Positions 29,346 through 40,059 of a stretch of DNA of 64,000 nt are shown here, one piece after another. This stretch comes from a virus. Its lineage: Duplodnaviria > Caudoviricetes. The stretch is taken from IMG/VR virus record IMGVR_UViG_3300028805_000055, positions 89,680 to 153,679 of that record; one strand, written 5' to 3'. How positions within the stretch are numbered: position 1 is the stretch's first letter; each line of letters begins with the position of its first letter. The notes under the pieces are model-generated. The model saw only the letters and a program-made list of their open reading frames with translations, ran no database searches and was not told where the DNA came from. A program made the position numbers and the translations under genes.

Positions 29346-30755
29346 TTACACAGTCAGAGTTCTCAGCTTAGCCTCTACGACCTCGAAACACTCATCCTTT
29401 GACATATTAGGATTCTCGATATAAGCCTCCTTAACTGCCTCCAGGAGTATACCTACGTTAGGACCTTTCTTAATCTTGAACTCGGTCATGATGTCGTTTC
29501 CGTCGATAGGGAGCTTAAGGTTTACCAGTTTGTCAACCTCGTCCAGCTCTTCAATTCTCTTTAAGACATCAAGCACCTGGGTCTTCTTCTTGTTGAAGAC
29601 TTTATGCACGTTGTTGGCATGCATCAAGTCCATAGTCACTGCAAGGTTGTCACCACAAGAGTTTATCAGCTTTCTGATTTTCTTGTCTGGTGGCAGGAAT
29701 CCATCAGTATAGGTAGAGAACCACTCATGGTGTCTGATAGCCACACACACAGACTTGATGACATCGTTAGGGAGCTTCATTTTTTTAAGGTCAGACTCAG
29801 CAACCTCAGCACTAAACTGGTTGGGTGATACAGTCCTGTCGTTGGCTGTAGCTATCCTACCAACATCGTGAAACAATGCAGCCAATCTGTGCTCCTCATA
29901 AGGTTCTACAGCGTCCAGCACTTCCATTGTATGGTCAAACGTTGTAATAACAGGGTTCTTACACTCGAATGCATGACGCATATCACTGATGTCTGGCATA
30001 ATGATATCCAAGAGGCCACAGTAGAACATCTTACGAACACCGACACTTGCATTGGCTGAGCAGATGATTTTCAGAACTTCATCCGTGATTCTCTCCTGTG
30101 ATACAATCTTAATTCTGTTGGCGTTCTTAACCATACCAAGCCATGTATCCTTTTCGATTCCCCATCCATATCGACAAGAGAATCTAATGACTCTGAGGAT
30201 TCTCAGTGGGTCATCACAGAAGGTAATATCTGGGTCGGCAGGAGTCCTTATAATCTGGTTGGTAATGTCGTATAAGCCAGTTCCGTTGTAGTCGTAAATC
30301 TTACCGTCTGATATGTTGTAGTACAGCGAGTTGATGGTAAGGTCACGTCTCTTGGCATCCTCCTGGATAGTACCGTAGCACGTCTCTGGATTGTGACTGT
30401 CCTTGTGGTATTGCTCCTTTCTGGTCTGCACACACTCCAGCTCCATACCCTCACACTCTGGGTCATTATAGAACTGTACCTTTGCAGTGCCGTAGGTCTC
30501 GAATACAACAGGGTTAGAACCAGACTTATAGGAATCATCCTTTATGGCTACAAAGTTAGCAAAGCTAAGACCACCATTCTTCTCTTCAACAACAATGTCG
30601 ATATCCTTTACAGGCTGTCCTAGTATCAAGTCACGGACACAACCACCAACATAATACACCTTACCCTCGAAGTAGTTGCCTTTAATCATTTCTTCCAACT
30701 TCTTCGTCACTGCAATTATCTTCTTATCAGCGTTTTTAAACAGTATCTCGTTCAT
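29346..30755 (-). CDS. cca: CCA tRNA nucleotidyltransferase (HD domain)
   Basis: VGGCVRD, DIDI, RRDLTIN, DDPLRILR, ERI, HD. Confidence 0.92.
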   Translation of the reverse strand: MNEILFKNADKKIIAVTKKLEEMIKGNYFEGKVYYVGGCVRDLILGQPVKDIDIVVEEKNGGLSFANFVAIKDDSYKSGSNPVVFETYGTAKVQFYNDPECEGMELECVQTRKEQYHKDSHNPETCYGTIQEDAKRRDLTINSLYYNISDGKIYDYNGTGLYDITNQIIRTPADPDITFCDDPLRILRVIRFSCRYGWGIEKDTWLGMVKNANRIKIVSQERITDEVLKIICSANASVGVRKMFYCGLLDIIMPDISDMRHAFECKNPVITTFDHTMEVLDAVEPYEEHRLAALFHDVGRIATANDRTVSPNQFSAEVAESDLKKMKLPNDVIKSVCVAIRHHEWFSTYTDGFLPPDKKIRKLINSCGDNLAVTMDLMHANNVHKVFNKKKTQVLDVLKRIEELDEVDKLVNLKLPIDGNDIMTEFKIKKGPNVGILLEAVKEAYIENPNMSKDECFEVVEAKLRTLTV

Positions 30756-30772
30756 TCGAAAATCATTTTTGG

Positions 30773-30806
30773 TGCAAAGATATAAAAAAAATCTGAGACT
30801 ACCAAG
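30773..30806 (-). promoter_or_regulatory. promoter with overlapping hairpin
   Basis: CTTG..TATCTTTGCA; ATCTGGGATT/AGTCTCAGAT. Confidence 0.75.
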
Positions 30807-30834
30807 TAACAATCCCAGATTTAATATTATTTAA

Positions 30835-31602
30835 CTAATCGTCATCATTTGTTGTACATTCGTATATTGACACGATAGCATTTTCATCTATCTTAGTGAC
30901 GAATTTCTCAAAGAAGGAATTTATCCATTCGTATTCATCCTTACCAGACATGTCAGTCCATCCGTTCTCATCAACATATCCAAAGTTCCAGTATGCCGTT
31001 GAATAGTTGACATAGGATTCCTTGTCTGGGAACTTAGAGAAATAGACATCCTTATCTTTCATTGCGTTATAGATAGTCTCTTCCTCCTCAGTCTCTGGTT
31101 TTCTTCCTTCCACAACCATTTCCCAAGCTGCCCTGTATACGCCCTGGTTATTGAGGTGCATTCTGTCCCAGTCAACATCAGAGCATTTAGCAGTGTATAC
31201 CTCCCTTCCATCTTTCAGTATCAGTGGTAGTGAGAAGTTCCTTCCGATGTGAGCTGTCTTCCATTTTCCGTTTGGATTCTTATCAGACAATGCATCACCT
31301 TCCTCATTGTAATACATCCCATCAGTGAGCTGCCTGTAGTAATCAAACGTAGAAAGCGATTTAAGCCGCTTTACGTTCTCTTCTAGGGCTGATTTCATCT
31401 GGGGGTTCATCATTGTAAGGGAGGCATCTTCTAAGAGCTTCTGGGAGACTTTTATGGCTGTCTCCTTATACTTCTCAGCCTGTAGGAACTTATACTTAAC
31501 GTATGGTTCTACTTTCTTATCAATCTTATAATCCTCAAGAATGGCTGCTGGGTCTTGCCCAACAACCATTACAGAGAAAAATTTACTATTCGTCTGTCCC
31601 AT
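30835..31602 (-). CDS. hypothetical phage protein
   Basis: 255-aa ORF. Confidence 0.85.
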   Translation of the reverse strand: MGQTNSKFFSVMVVGQDPAAILEDYKIDKKVEPYVKYKFLQAEKYKETAIKVSQKLLEDASLTMMNPQMKSALEENVKRLKSLSTFDYYRQLTDGMYYNEEGDALSDKNPNGKWKTAHIGRNFSLPLILKDGREVYTAKCSDVDWDRMHLNNQGVYRAAWEMVVEGRKPETEEEETIYNAMKDKDVYFSKFPDKESYVNYSTAYWNFGYVDENGWTDMSGKDEYEWINSFFEKFVTKIDENAIVSIYECTTNDDD

Positions 31603-31604
31603 AA

Positions 31605-33029
31605 TTAACCATGTCCTTCACCATCATCGGTTGCCATTACACCAGCAACTGCATTATTTCTGAAGTCAGTGATTGTATTCACCATTTGTTCTATTCTCTC
31701 ATTACGCTGTTGAATAGTCTCTAGTGGATGCCCAGGGTCAACTGGGTGTCCAAGATTTCCAGCCAACTCTGTTGGGTCGAACGTTATTCTTCTTCCGTGA
31801 ATGGGTTCATAGTTAATCCCATTGTCATCCGTAAAGATTCTTCTATCGACCCTATAGCCGTTTCCACCATTCTCTACTATTGCTATTCTAGGCTCTTCTG
31901 TAGCATCGCCTTCCTCGAACTCTGGCAGTTCCTCAAGTTCTGGTTCTCCACGCTCTTCCTCCACGTCATCAACACCCATTTCCATTTCAGCGTCACCATC
32001 CAGGTTGTTTAGGTCATCTAAAAGCTCCTGGTATGGGTCTCTCGGTGGTTGGTTACGAGGTGCTTGAATGCCATGTAGACTGCCCGTAAACCTTTTAGGG
32101 GCTTTCTTAAAAGTTTTGGATATGTCACCCATTTCAAGACGAAACCCAAATGCACCCTCCACTGTGTCGTTCAAGCTAAAAATGTTGTTGATATCTGTTG
32201 ATGCCATGAATCTGATGTTGTTGAGGTGACAGTTATCACCTTCACCAGTGAACATCCACACATACGGTTTCACATTAGCTTTAACGAACTCTGAGTAGAT
32301 TTTGTCAATCGTCAATCTCTCGTTGATTGCGTCATCGATAACCTCCTTGTCTGAGCCAGACCACTTGCTATCCGAATAGGTTGAAGTGTCAGTACCAACG
32401 AAAGAAGGTGGTACATGGGTCACAACACAAGCAATCTTATTGTCTGCCAGTATCTCCTTGAGTTCATCCTCGTTGAATTTGGTAGACTCGCCATCCCAGT
32501 ACAGGGTCTTCTTGAGCCTTCCACCCTGGGTCTGCTTCCACTTCCTGTCAAGTGAGACACCACCACCAATGCAAAGGCAGTTGAATCCATTGAACTTGAT
32601 GAGTGAATAATCATCTACAGCCTTGATGTTACTATAGTTGATTTTGCCCTCAGTAAAGTAGGAAGGGTCATCACTGTTACCACGAATGAAAATGATGTGG
32701 GTATTGTTCTTCTCCAGTATTTCGTTGAGTGACTTAAAGATTTCATCGAAATGTTCGAAACTCTTAGAGCCGAATCCTGTACTACCAGAGAAAATGATAA
32801 CACTGTCGTTAAACGTGCCATCACCCTTACGCATCATTCCAAGACCACCCTTTGGTGACTTCTTTCTCCTACTAAGTCTTTCCTGCCTCTCAATCTCCTT
32901 TGGATGGAGCTGGATGCTATTACTAGATGACAACCTTTTGGAGATTATGGGAATCAGTGACTCTTCTTTATTCAGTACGCTACCTCCCAGATAGACGTTA
33001 CTAAACTTTTGATAATCGTAAATCTTCAT
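31605..33029 (-). CDS. degenerate metallophosphoesterase with acidic extension
   Basis: RGNSD, IGGGVSLDR, VTH retained; DxH, GD and GHxH lost. Confidence 0.7.
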   Translation of the reverse strand: MKIYDYQKFSNVYLGGSVLNKEESLIPIISKRLSSSNSIQLHPKEIERQERLSRRKKSPKGGLGMMRKGDGTFNDSVIIFSGSTGFGSKSFEHFDEIFKSLNEILEKNNTHIIFIRGNSDDPSYFTEGKINYSNIKAVDDYSLIKFNGFNCLCIGGGVSLDRKWKQTQGGRLKKTLYWDGESTKFNEDELKEILADNKIACVVTHVPPSFVGTDTSTYSDSKWSGSDKEVIDDAINERLTIDKIYSEFVKANVKPYVWMFTGEGDNCHLNNIRFMASTDINNIFSLNDTVEGAFGFRLEMGDISKTFKKAPKRFTGSLHGIQAPRNQPPRDPYQELLDDLNNLDGDAEMEMGVDDVEEERGEPELEELPEFEEGDATEEPRIAIVENGGNGYRVDRRIFTDDNGINYEPIHGRRITFDPTELAGNLGHPVDPGHPLETIQQRNERIEQMVNTITDFRNNAVAGVMATDDGEGHG

Positions 33030-33070
33030 TTCGGTTGAATTTTAGATGTTAATGTTTCCAATATTGTTAG

Positions 33071-33104
33071 TGCAAAGATATATATTTTTTTCCTAAAAAA
33101 CAAG
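33071..33104 (-). promoter_or_regulatory. Bacteroidota-type promoter
   Basis: CTTG..TATCTTTGCA. Confidence 0.75.
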
Positions 33105-33121
33105 TTTTGAAGGAAAAAAAA

Positions 33122-33147
33122 GTGGTGTAACATCCCTGCTACACCAC
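33122..33147 (-). terminator. intrinsic terminator
   Basis: GTGGTGTAG/TTACACCAC then T-run. Confidence 0.7.
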
Positions 33148-33156
33148 CCGATGGTA

Positions 33157-35223
33157 TTACTGAGCCATCACAGTTGCAGCACTTTCAAGCTCACTGAGCA
33201 AGTCTGCCATCTGAGCCTCGCTTGACTTGAATATGCTCTCGTCTGGCTTCAAGTAGTTCTTAAGAACGATTCCACAGGTGCTAGCTGTTTTCTCGTCCTC
33301 TTCTGTAACCTTAAGGTCTGGACGCTTGCAAAGAGCCTCAACCACGTCCATGTTGTTGTGGGTCATGGCGATAGTCAGAGGTGAGAATCCGAAGTCGTTA
33401 GGAATGTTGACATCAGTCCTCTGCTTGGAGATAAGCTCCTTTGCAACCCAATTCATCTTGGAATACTCACAGGAGATTGTGAGTGCGGTATCACCGTTCA
33501 AGTCCTTGACGTTAAGGTCGAAGTTGTCATTAGCCATGATAGCCTTAATCATCTTCACCAAGTCTTCCTCTTCCTCCTGTGATGCAGATACCTCGTCAGC
33601 ACCGTAGATGTAGAGAATGCTCTCCAGAAGTGACTCACCGAATCCGTCCTCAATCTTTGCGTTGAACGTTGGGTGTGAAACCATCTTCTCGAACAGCTTG
33701 AACATCCTGTTGTTCAGAACTGTGAAGATAGGGATACGCATGTTGAACTCGTAGCTCACGTTGATGTTCTCCTTTTCCTTCTCGATAAGGGCGATTGCAC
33801 CAATCTCGTCGTTCTCGTCGATGAGCTTGTGGAGAAGAATGGATGGGTCTATAGCCTCACGGTTCAAGAAGTCGTTAGGTGAAATACCAATCTGGTTAAG
33901 GTACTTGCTATTTGTCATGTCGGCATTGAACAAGTCCCAGATGTTTCTGAGTGATACGTCACCGTACTGGTCTTTCTGATATCTCATAACAAGCAGAGCC
34001 TTGTCATCGTTGACAGGAAGGTTCATATCCAGGAGGACATATACCTTATTATTCTGGTCAACAGGAATGTTTCTGCCGTTGATGAGAGAGTGTGAGATAA
34101 GTTTGCTCAGACCATCACGTGCGAGGATGTTGATGATGAAGCGGTTATCCTTTTCCAGAGCCACTGCGAAGTAGCCTGGGTTCGCCTTGATGAACTCCAG
34201 CATGGACTTGGTGTCCCACTTGAACTCTGAGTCCTTTGGCAGGTGGATGAATGTACCCATCTTAGCACCCACTGACTGCAAAAGCGTGTGGATGTTGAAG
34301 GTCTCACGACCATTGCTAAGGTCTGCAATCATTGGCTTGTTGTCACAGCTCTGTGCCTCGACAATACCACTACCCTTCTGGATAGTGAAACCAACGTGTG
34401 CGAATGGGTCGGTCTCACGACGATTGAAGTCGAACAGGAAGTACTGACTCCTGCTATTATCGTGAGAGTCACCATTATAGCGTCCTACGTAGTCATTCCA
34501 GTGATGGCTTTCCATAGTGATACACCACTGTGTACGACCACCTCCACAAAGCTTTTTACTTGTCTCGAAGTTAGGGATACGGATGATTACATAAGGACCC
34601 TGGTTGAACACAATCTCACAACCCTTGGTGTTGTTCTCAACAAAGGCAAGAAGGTCTTCCTTGTCCCACGTATAGGTAGCTTCCAGAGCATCCTTGATAA
34701 GCTTCTGAAGCTCATTGATATCACGCACACCAGAAGCCTTGGTGTAGAAGTTGTTCTTACGTGACGATGGCAGACGGTTGAACTTGGCAAAAATCTTGCC
34801 CCATTCTGTCACATTTGCGTCATGAGAAGCCTCCAATCCGTTAAGCTCGTTTGGAATGATGGCTGCTGTCAACATTCTACGCTGGTCGGTGTTGAAGTGA
34901 GAGATAATGTCCTTAATGATAGACACATTATCCAGTGCCTTCATTTCACGCAGGAGCTGGGCAATCATAGTCTTGTTAGAATAAGACACAATGTTCTTCT
35001 TCTCCAAGTTCCTAATCATTGTCTGGTTGACAGTTGCCCAATCATGAATCTTAGCAAGAGTCTCGTAATCGAAGGTCTTACTAAACACACCCTTGACAGC
35101 CCAAATCTGATAGTTTGGCTGATTATCGAACATTTCGATGATGTTGATAAAGAGCTTGTTCGTCTCTGGATTGATTTGGAACTTATCAATCAAAGGCTGC
35201 ATCTGTTTCTTATTATAAGTCAT
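33157..35223 (-). CDS. large protein with WCI domain and C-terminal ankyrin repeats
   Basis: KDLNGDTAL, DVNIPNDFGFSPL; N-domain paralogous to 35544..38081. Confidence 0.8.
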   Translation of the reverse strand: MTYNKKQMQPLIDKFQINPETNKLFINIIEMFDNQPNYQIWAVKGVFSKTFDYETLAKIHDWATVNQTMIRNLEKKNIVSYSNKTMIAQLLREMKALDNVSIIKDIISHFNTDQRRMLTAAIIPNELNGLEASHDANVTEWGKIFAKFNRLPSSRKNNFYTKASGVRDINELQKLIKDALEATYTWDKEDLLAFVENNTKGCEIVFNQGPYVIIRIPNFETSKKLCGGGRTQWCITMESHHWNDYVGRYNGDSHDNSRSQYFLFDFNRRETDPFAHVGFTIQKGSGIVEAQSCDNKPMIADLSNGRETFNIHTLLQSVGAKMGTFIHLPKDSEFKWDTKSMLEFIKANPGYFAVALEKDNRFIINILARDGLSKLISHSLINGRNIPVDQNNKVYVLLDMNLPVNDDKALLVMRYQKDQYGDVSLRNIWDLFNADMTNSKYLNQIGISPNDFLNREAIDPSILLHKLIDENDEIGAIALIEKEKENINVSYEFNMRIPIFTVLNNRMFKLFEKMVSHPTFNAKIEDGFGESLLESILYIYGADEVSASQEEEEDLVKMIKAIMANDNFDLNVKDLNGDTALTISCEYSKMNWVAKELISKQRTDVNIPNDFGFSPLTIAMTHNNMDVVEALCKRPDLKVTEEDEKTASTCGIVLKNYLKPDESIFKSSEAQMADLLSELESAATVMAQ

Positions 35224-35261
35224 CTTTTAAAAATTAAATTAATTTGTTTTCGTTTCTATGG

Positions 35262-35295
35262 TGCAAAGATATAGATTTACTTTTAGAAAAACAAA
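35262..35295 (-). promoter_or_regulatory. Bacteroidota-type promoter
   Basis: TTTG..TATCTTTGCA. Confidence 0.75.
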
Positions 35296-35314
35296 TATCT
35301 CGTGTTAATAAACC

Positions 35315-35497
35315 TTAAAAACATGCAAAATAAACCGTCCAAAGTATTGCTACGAGAATCATGTTTCCGAAAGATAAATAAGCATCTTTTGTAGTCTCCT
35401 CCTCACCGAAAGCAATGATTCTGACACCCTTGCTAAACTTGTAGTTCCAGAAGAACAGTGAAGATAAGATTGCTAGAAAAAGAACTATCGTTTCCAT
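35315..35497 (-). CDS. small membrane protein
   Basis: two hydrophobic segments. Confidence 0.65.
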   Translation of the reverse strand: METIVLFLAILSSLFFWNYKFSKGVRIIAFGEEETTKDAYLSFGNMILVAILWTVYFACF

Positions 35498-35514
35498 TTA
35501 AGTGATTTTTTCGA

Positions 35515-35540
35515 AGGTGGAGTGCCGAAGCACTCCACTT
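35515..35540 (-). terminator. terminator-like hairpin
   Basis: GTGGAGTGC-TTCG-GCACTCCAC. Confidence 0.75.
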
Positions 35541-35543
35541 ATT

Positions 35544-38081
35544 TTATTGCCAGTCGTCATCATCAAGCTGATATCCTGCTGGCACAACAACTGGTTGTGC
35601 TACCTCATCACCAGTTGCAATTCTAGGAGCTTGGACTCTTGCAGTGAAAGGCTCAAATCTTACAAAGGTACGTGAAGACGACTGTCCTTCCATCTTCTTA
35701 GCCATAGCCTCCAGTCTTTCAACCGACTGTGCTACAGCCTGGTGCTTGCTTGCAAGCTCTTCCAGAAGCTTCTTAAGGTTTTCGTTACCACTAGTGAAAG
35801 CGTAGCCAATCCAAGATGAACAACCATCACATCTCTCGCTGAAGTTCATGAGCTTTGCTACTCTCTCCATGATATCGTCAAACACCTCACCCTTCTTATG
35901 TCCCATGAAAATGGTATTGACCAGTCTCTTGCAGTAGTAGTTGCCGTGCTCGTCCTTTCCCTCATGGTCAAGAATGTGTACAATGGCAAGATAAGTTCCT
36001 ACGTACATGGTCTTCTCGTAGGATTCAAGTTTCCTGTCATAGAATGCCTGGATATCCTCACTTGTGGGCTTGTTGTATTTACCGTCATCAACTCTTCTGC
36101 CGTTTTCAATGAGAGAGTTAATAACCTCTTTCAGTACGGTTGATGTATTACCATTACCAATAATGTTATGCATTGCAAGACCCCTTGAATAGAACAGGTT
36201 AAGGTAGTCGAATGACATACTTCCAACGATACTTGACACAATAAAGTCCACAGTGGTCTCACAACCAAGGTAGTCGAATATCACCTCAGAAAGCATGTGA
36301 CCGTCCTTGATGGTTTCGTTCAACATAGGAACGTTGTAAGACAAGAACGCATTTTTTGCTTTCTCATAAGGGTCATCAGACCTTCTGATAATGTCATAAG
36401 GAAGACCGAATTGAGCCAACTTTGTATTGAAATCGAAACCTGGGTTCTGGCTGTGCTCATTAAAGATATTCATACAATAAGCCTCATCCTGTCTCTTATC
36501 ACCGTTGACGATGATTGCGAATTGGATTCTGTTAGGGTCATACTGACTCATAGAGAAATCCATGAAGATGATATGCTGCAAGCCCCAATGGTTCTCATTG
36601 ATGGTCTCTATGTATGTGTCACCAAGGAAGTATCTGATGTTTCTGTCAGTAACAGAGATAGCTACCAGATTATCCTTGTCAACCAAAACGTCAACATTGT
36701 CTTTCTTGACGCACTCGTACAAATAGGTGTACATAGCCTCCTTGTTCCATTCATACAGAGCCTTATCGTAGTGAGCAACCAGGTTGATGTCGATTCCACA
36801 TTTGTCAAGGACGCTGTAGATACCGTTGTTAGTCCTAAAGTTGCTGATGAACGATTCAAGAAACACTCTCTCTTCCTGGGAGTCCTGCTTCATCATGTCG
36901 TTGTTCACGAAATCATGAGCATGTGTAATACCCCTGTTATACTGAGTGGTGAAACCGATGATGGACAACAGGTCATCCTCTTTCTTTGAAAAGTCAAACA
37001 CCATGTACTGAACAGCATCACTCTGGTTTTCAACATAGTTGTTCCAGTATGACTTGTTCTTTGAAATACACCAGTTGGTAGTCTTTGCGAGGTGCTTGAT
37101 TGTCTCGTAGTCAGTAACCTTAAGGAGTACAATATCATCTTTATCATACACAACCTCATATTTCATTTCCTCGACATTCTTGATGAAGTCCATGAAGGAC
37201 TCCTTATTCCAGTCGAAGTGAGTGCTGGTGATATGTCTCATCTGTCTCATAAACTCAGCGAAGTCCTCTATAGTGGACATCTTGCGGATGAAATTGGTCT
37301 TTTTAGCCTCTGAGAGACGATAGAACTTAGCAAGGGTAGTCTTATCCTTGTCAGAGAGTTCAACGCCCTTCAGCATCCTTTTCTGGGCTGTGTTGAATGA
37401 GTTAATGACATCGTTGACACGCTTCTCTTTCCTAAGGGTTGAAATCTCCTGTGAAAGAGCGTACATATCATTGCTAGATGTGTACGCAGTAATAGTACTC
37501 TTCGAGAGCTTCTTAATGAGCTGACCATATGACTCATTCCAAGCCATAACACGCTTGATGGTTGTCAATGACGTGCCATTCTGGAAATAGTTGTTGATAG
37601 CCCACATGTAGAAGTTCTTAGAACCCTCAGTATACATATAGATTCTCTTACTTATCTGGTCTTCGGTTGAGTAACCGAACTTGTCAGTAAGTGTACGAAT
37701 CATCTTGGCGTTGGTTGACAGGAAGTTATTATAATCCTTAGTGAACGTTGGGGGCAGAAGAATAATCTCGTTGATAAAAGGGAAACCAGCAAGGGTAATA
37801 TCACCAAACTCCATCAGTTTCTGGAACTGATAACCCATAAATGATGCTTCCTCTCTTGGGATAATACCAGAAGCCAGGGCACTATTAATACCAATGTTTC
37901 CGTAGTTGTAATGGTTGTTGAAGATAAGAAGCCTCTCACCAATGGGTGACTTAGGTTCAGTCTTCATAACCTTACAGAACTGATATCCAATACCCTCTCT
38001 GAAGTATATTAAAGCGTCTCTAAGAGAGGTGTCAGCTACTCTAAACAGATGTCTGACACCCCTAATATTCATTCCTATCAT
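35544..38081 (-). CDS. large hypothetical protein (WCI domain)
   Basis: 845-aa ORF; FNTAQKRML, TNWCIS, QYMVFDF shared with 33157 ORF. Confidence 0.85.
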   Translation of the reverse strand: MIGMNIRGVRHLFRVADTSLRDALIYFREGIGYQFCKVMKTEPKSPIGERLLIFNNHYNYGNIGINSALASGIIPREEASFMGYQFQKLMEFGDITLAGFPFINEIILLPPTFTKDYNNFLSTNAKMIRTLTDKFGYSTEDQISKRIYMYTEGSKNFYMWAINNYFQNGTSLTTIKRVMAWNESYGQLIKKLSKSTITAYTSSNDMYALSQEISTLRKEKRVNDVINSFNTAQKRMLKGVELSDKDKTTLAKFYRLSEAKKTNFIRKMSTIEDFAEFMRQMRHITSTHFDWNKESFMDFIKNVEEMKYEVVYDKDDIVLLKVTDYETIKHLAKTTNWCISKNKSYWNNYVENQSDAVQYMVFDFSKKEDDLLSIIGFTTQYNRGITHAHDFVNNDMMKQDSQEERVFLESFISNFRTNNGIYSVLDKCGIDINLVAHYDKALYEWNKEAMYTYLYECVKKDNVDVLVDKDNLVAISVTDRNIRYFLGDTYIETINENHWGLQHIIFMDFSMSQYDPNRIQFAIIVNGDKRQDEAYCMNIFNEHSQNPGFDFNTKLAQFGLPYDIIRRSDDPYEKAKNAFLSYNVPMLNETIKDGHMLSEVIFDYLGCETTVDFIVSSIVGSMSFDYLNLFYSRGLAMHNIIGNGNTSTVLKEVINSLIENGRRVDDGKYNKPTSEDIQAFYDRKLESYEKTMYVGTYLAIVHILDHEGKDEHGNYYCKRLVNTIFMGHKKGEVFDDIMERVAKLMNFSERCDGCSSWIGYAFTSGNENLKKLLEELASKHQAVAQSVERLEAMAKKMEGQSSSRTFVRFEPFTARVQAPRIATGDEVAQPVVVPAGYQLDDDDWQ

Positions 38082-38087
38082 ATAAAC

Positions 38088-39968
38088 TTAGAATTTAATC
38101 TCGTTACTAAACTTAGCAGTAATTACCTCCTCGAATGGCTTGTATGCCAGACCGTTAGCCTCGCAGACAGCCTTTATACCCTCAAGAACCTCCTCCTTGA
38201 TAGCCTTGATGTGACCATCGTACCTGTCAGCAATATACTTGACAGTCTCGAACTTAATCTCATCCTCCTTGCTAACAGTTGGCTTAGTAGATGAAGAGCT
38301 GCTAGAAGAGCTAGAACTGCTGCTAGAGTTCGACGCGCTGCTACCATATGACCTACGGTTCTTGTCGCCAAGGAGTTCAAGCTTACGGTTATCCTCTTCC
38401 TCGTCATTGTTACGCTGGTATGTACCATCGTTATGACGCACATATGAGTAGTTGGTAGAAGTACCCCAGGTCTTTCCAGTGTGCTTAAGGTAGTGACGTG
38501 TGCAACCGATTGCATCGATAAGGTCAATACCCATACCACAAGCCTGGTCCATGTCCTCCATAATACAGTACTCTGTACCTCCGATGTTATGGGCGTTGTA
38601 GCCACCGTTACCGAAGTTCATACAGATAACACCAATCTTCTCACGGATGTTCTTTACATCGGTGTAAGGCTCTGAGAAGAAGCAACCCTCGGTAAGACCC
38701 CAAGTGTCGCACACCTCTTTCATGTGCTTCTCGTAGAAGTCATAGTTGAAGAGCTTAGTGCCCTGGCAGCACCATGCAGCACGATAAAGGTCTGGAGAGT
38801 CAAAGCCGATTACATAACCCACATCCTTGAACCAATTCTCGTCAAGGTGGTCACTACCGTTACAACCAGTTTCCTCGTCAAGGAAGAAACAAGCCTTGAG
38901 CTTCTCCATGTGCTCGAACAATGCCAGACAGATACAGATACCAGACTTACAGTCAGCACCAATACCGATGTCACTACCAAGAGTACCATCCTCGTTGTTG
39001 ACGGACAGCTTGTGCTGCTTGTTCTTATCCTTCTCAATCTTCAACTGGAGAGGAACACCTGCATAGATGTATGGGTCATGCTTGGTCTGAACGGTATCAA
39101 GGTGTGAAGTCACACATGGGTAATACTCACCCTCGTCCAGCTTACCCTTCGTCAGATAGACGTTACCGTAGCTATCAAACTCATACTTAACCTTGTTACG
39201 TCTAGCCCACATGATGACAAATGCCACCATACGGAACTCCAACTTGCTGTGGGTTGGAACAGACATACACTCTAACAGGAAGTCCTTATCGATATAGTCC
39301 AGACGAATCTCGTCTTCCTCTTCCTCGTTATCTGTCACCTCTTCGGCATCAGCGTCCTCAACCTCTGAGTCATCATCGTTAGGAGTAGCCTCTATCACTG
39401 GTTCTGAATGAATCTGAGCTGCCTTGATGACATTTCTATCCAATTCGAGGTTAAGAACATATCCAACCTCCACGTCAACATGAAGCCTAAGCTCTTCGGA
39501 GTCAGTAATCATAATCTTCTTGTCACCCAAGGTTTCAAGGGTTACAATTGTCTTGTCTCCTTTCTTTTCGACTTTTGTCACCTTAGCCTGGATGTCGCCA
39601 CTCTCCAGTTCCACTTCCTCTGGAGCGTCATCCTGTGGATGCTCTGCCTCAGCAGCCTGCTGAGAACCAGCCTTTACATGCGAAACAATGTTAAGGATGG
39701 TCTTCTGACCATTCCTCTCTTGGAGGCGAAGCTCTACGATATCATCAAGGGAGACCTCTTCCTTATTAAAATGACTAATAGGAACGACTCCGATGTTACC
39801 GTCTTCAAGCTCGATGTTAACCCCGTCAGTGTCAATGCGGACAACCTTACCCTTCACAACGTCATCAGACTGTGTAGGGGTAGCTGGCTGTGCCTGGTCA
39901 ACATTTTCCTCATAAGGAGTGTTGGCTACCTGTCCAACTTTCTCATTCAAGTTTTCTGAATCAATCAT
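38088..39968 (-). CDS. S1-like domain fused to M20/M28 peptidase-like domain
   Basis: VVKGKVVRI..G.VP.SH; SHLDTV, GADCKSG, EETG..GS, YTDV, YNAH. Confidence 0.8.
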   Translation of the reverse strand: MIDSENLNEKVGQVANTPYEENVDQAQPATPTQSDDVVKGKVVRIDTDGVNIELEDGNIGVVPISHFNKEEVSLDDIVELRLQERNGQKTILNIVSHVKAGSQQAAEAEHPQDDAPEEVELESGDIQAKVTKVEKKGDKTIVTLETLGDKKIMITDSEELRLHVDVEVGYVLNLELDRNVIKAAQIHSEPVIEATPNDDDSEVEDADAEEVTDNEEEEDEIRLDYIDKDFLLECMSVPTHSKLEFRMVAFVIMWARRNKVKYEFDSYGNVYLTKGKLDEGEYYPCVTSHLDTVQTKHDPYIYAGVPLQLKIEKDKNKQHKLSVNNEDGTLGSDIGIGADCKSGICICLALFEHMEKLKACFFLDEETGCNGSDHLDENWFKDVGYVIGFDSPDLYRAAWCCQGTKLFNYDFYEKHMKEVCDTWGLTEGCFFSEPYTDVKNIREKIGVICMNFGNGGYNAHNIGGTEYCIMEDMDQACGMGIDLIDAIGCTRHYLKHTGKTWGTSTNYSYVRHNDGTYQRNNDEEEDNRKLELLGDKNRRSYGSSASNSSSSSSSSSSSSSTKPTVSKEDEIKFETVKYIADRYDGHIKAIKEEVLEGIKAVCEANGLAYKPFEEVITAKFSNEIKF

Positions 39969-39994
39969 CTTGTTATAAACTAATTAAAAATTTG

Positions 39995-40028
39995 TGCAAA
40001 GATATATTTCTTTTTTGGTAAAAACAAA
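39995..40028 (-). promoter_or_regulatory. Bacteroidota-type promoter
   Basis: TTTG..TATCTTTGCA. Confidence 0.75.
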
Positions 40029-40059
40029 CAATTTGAAAATTTTAACATACATTTAACAC

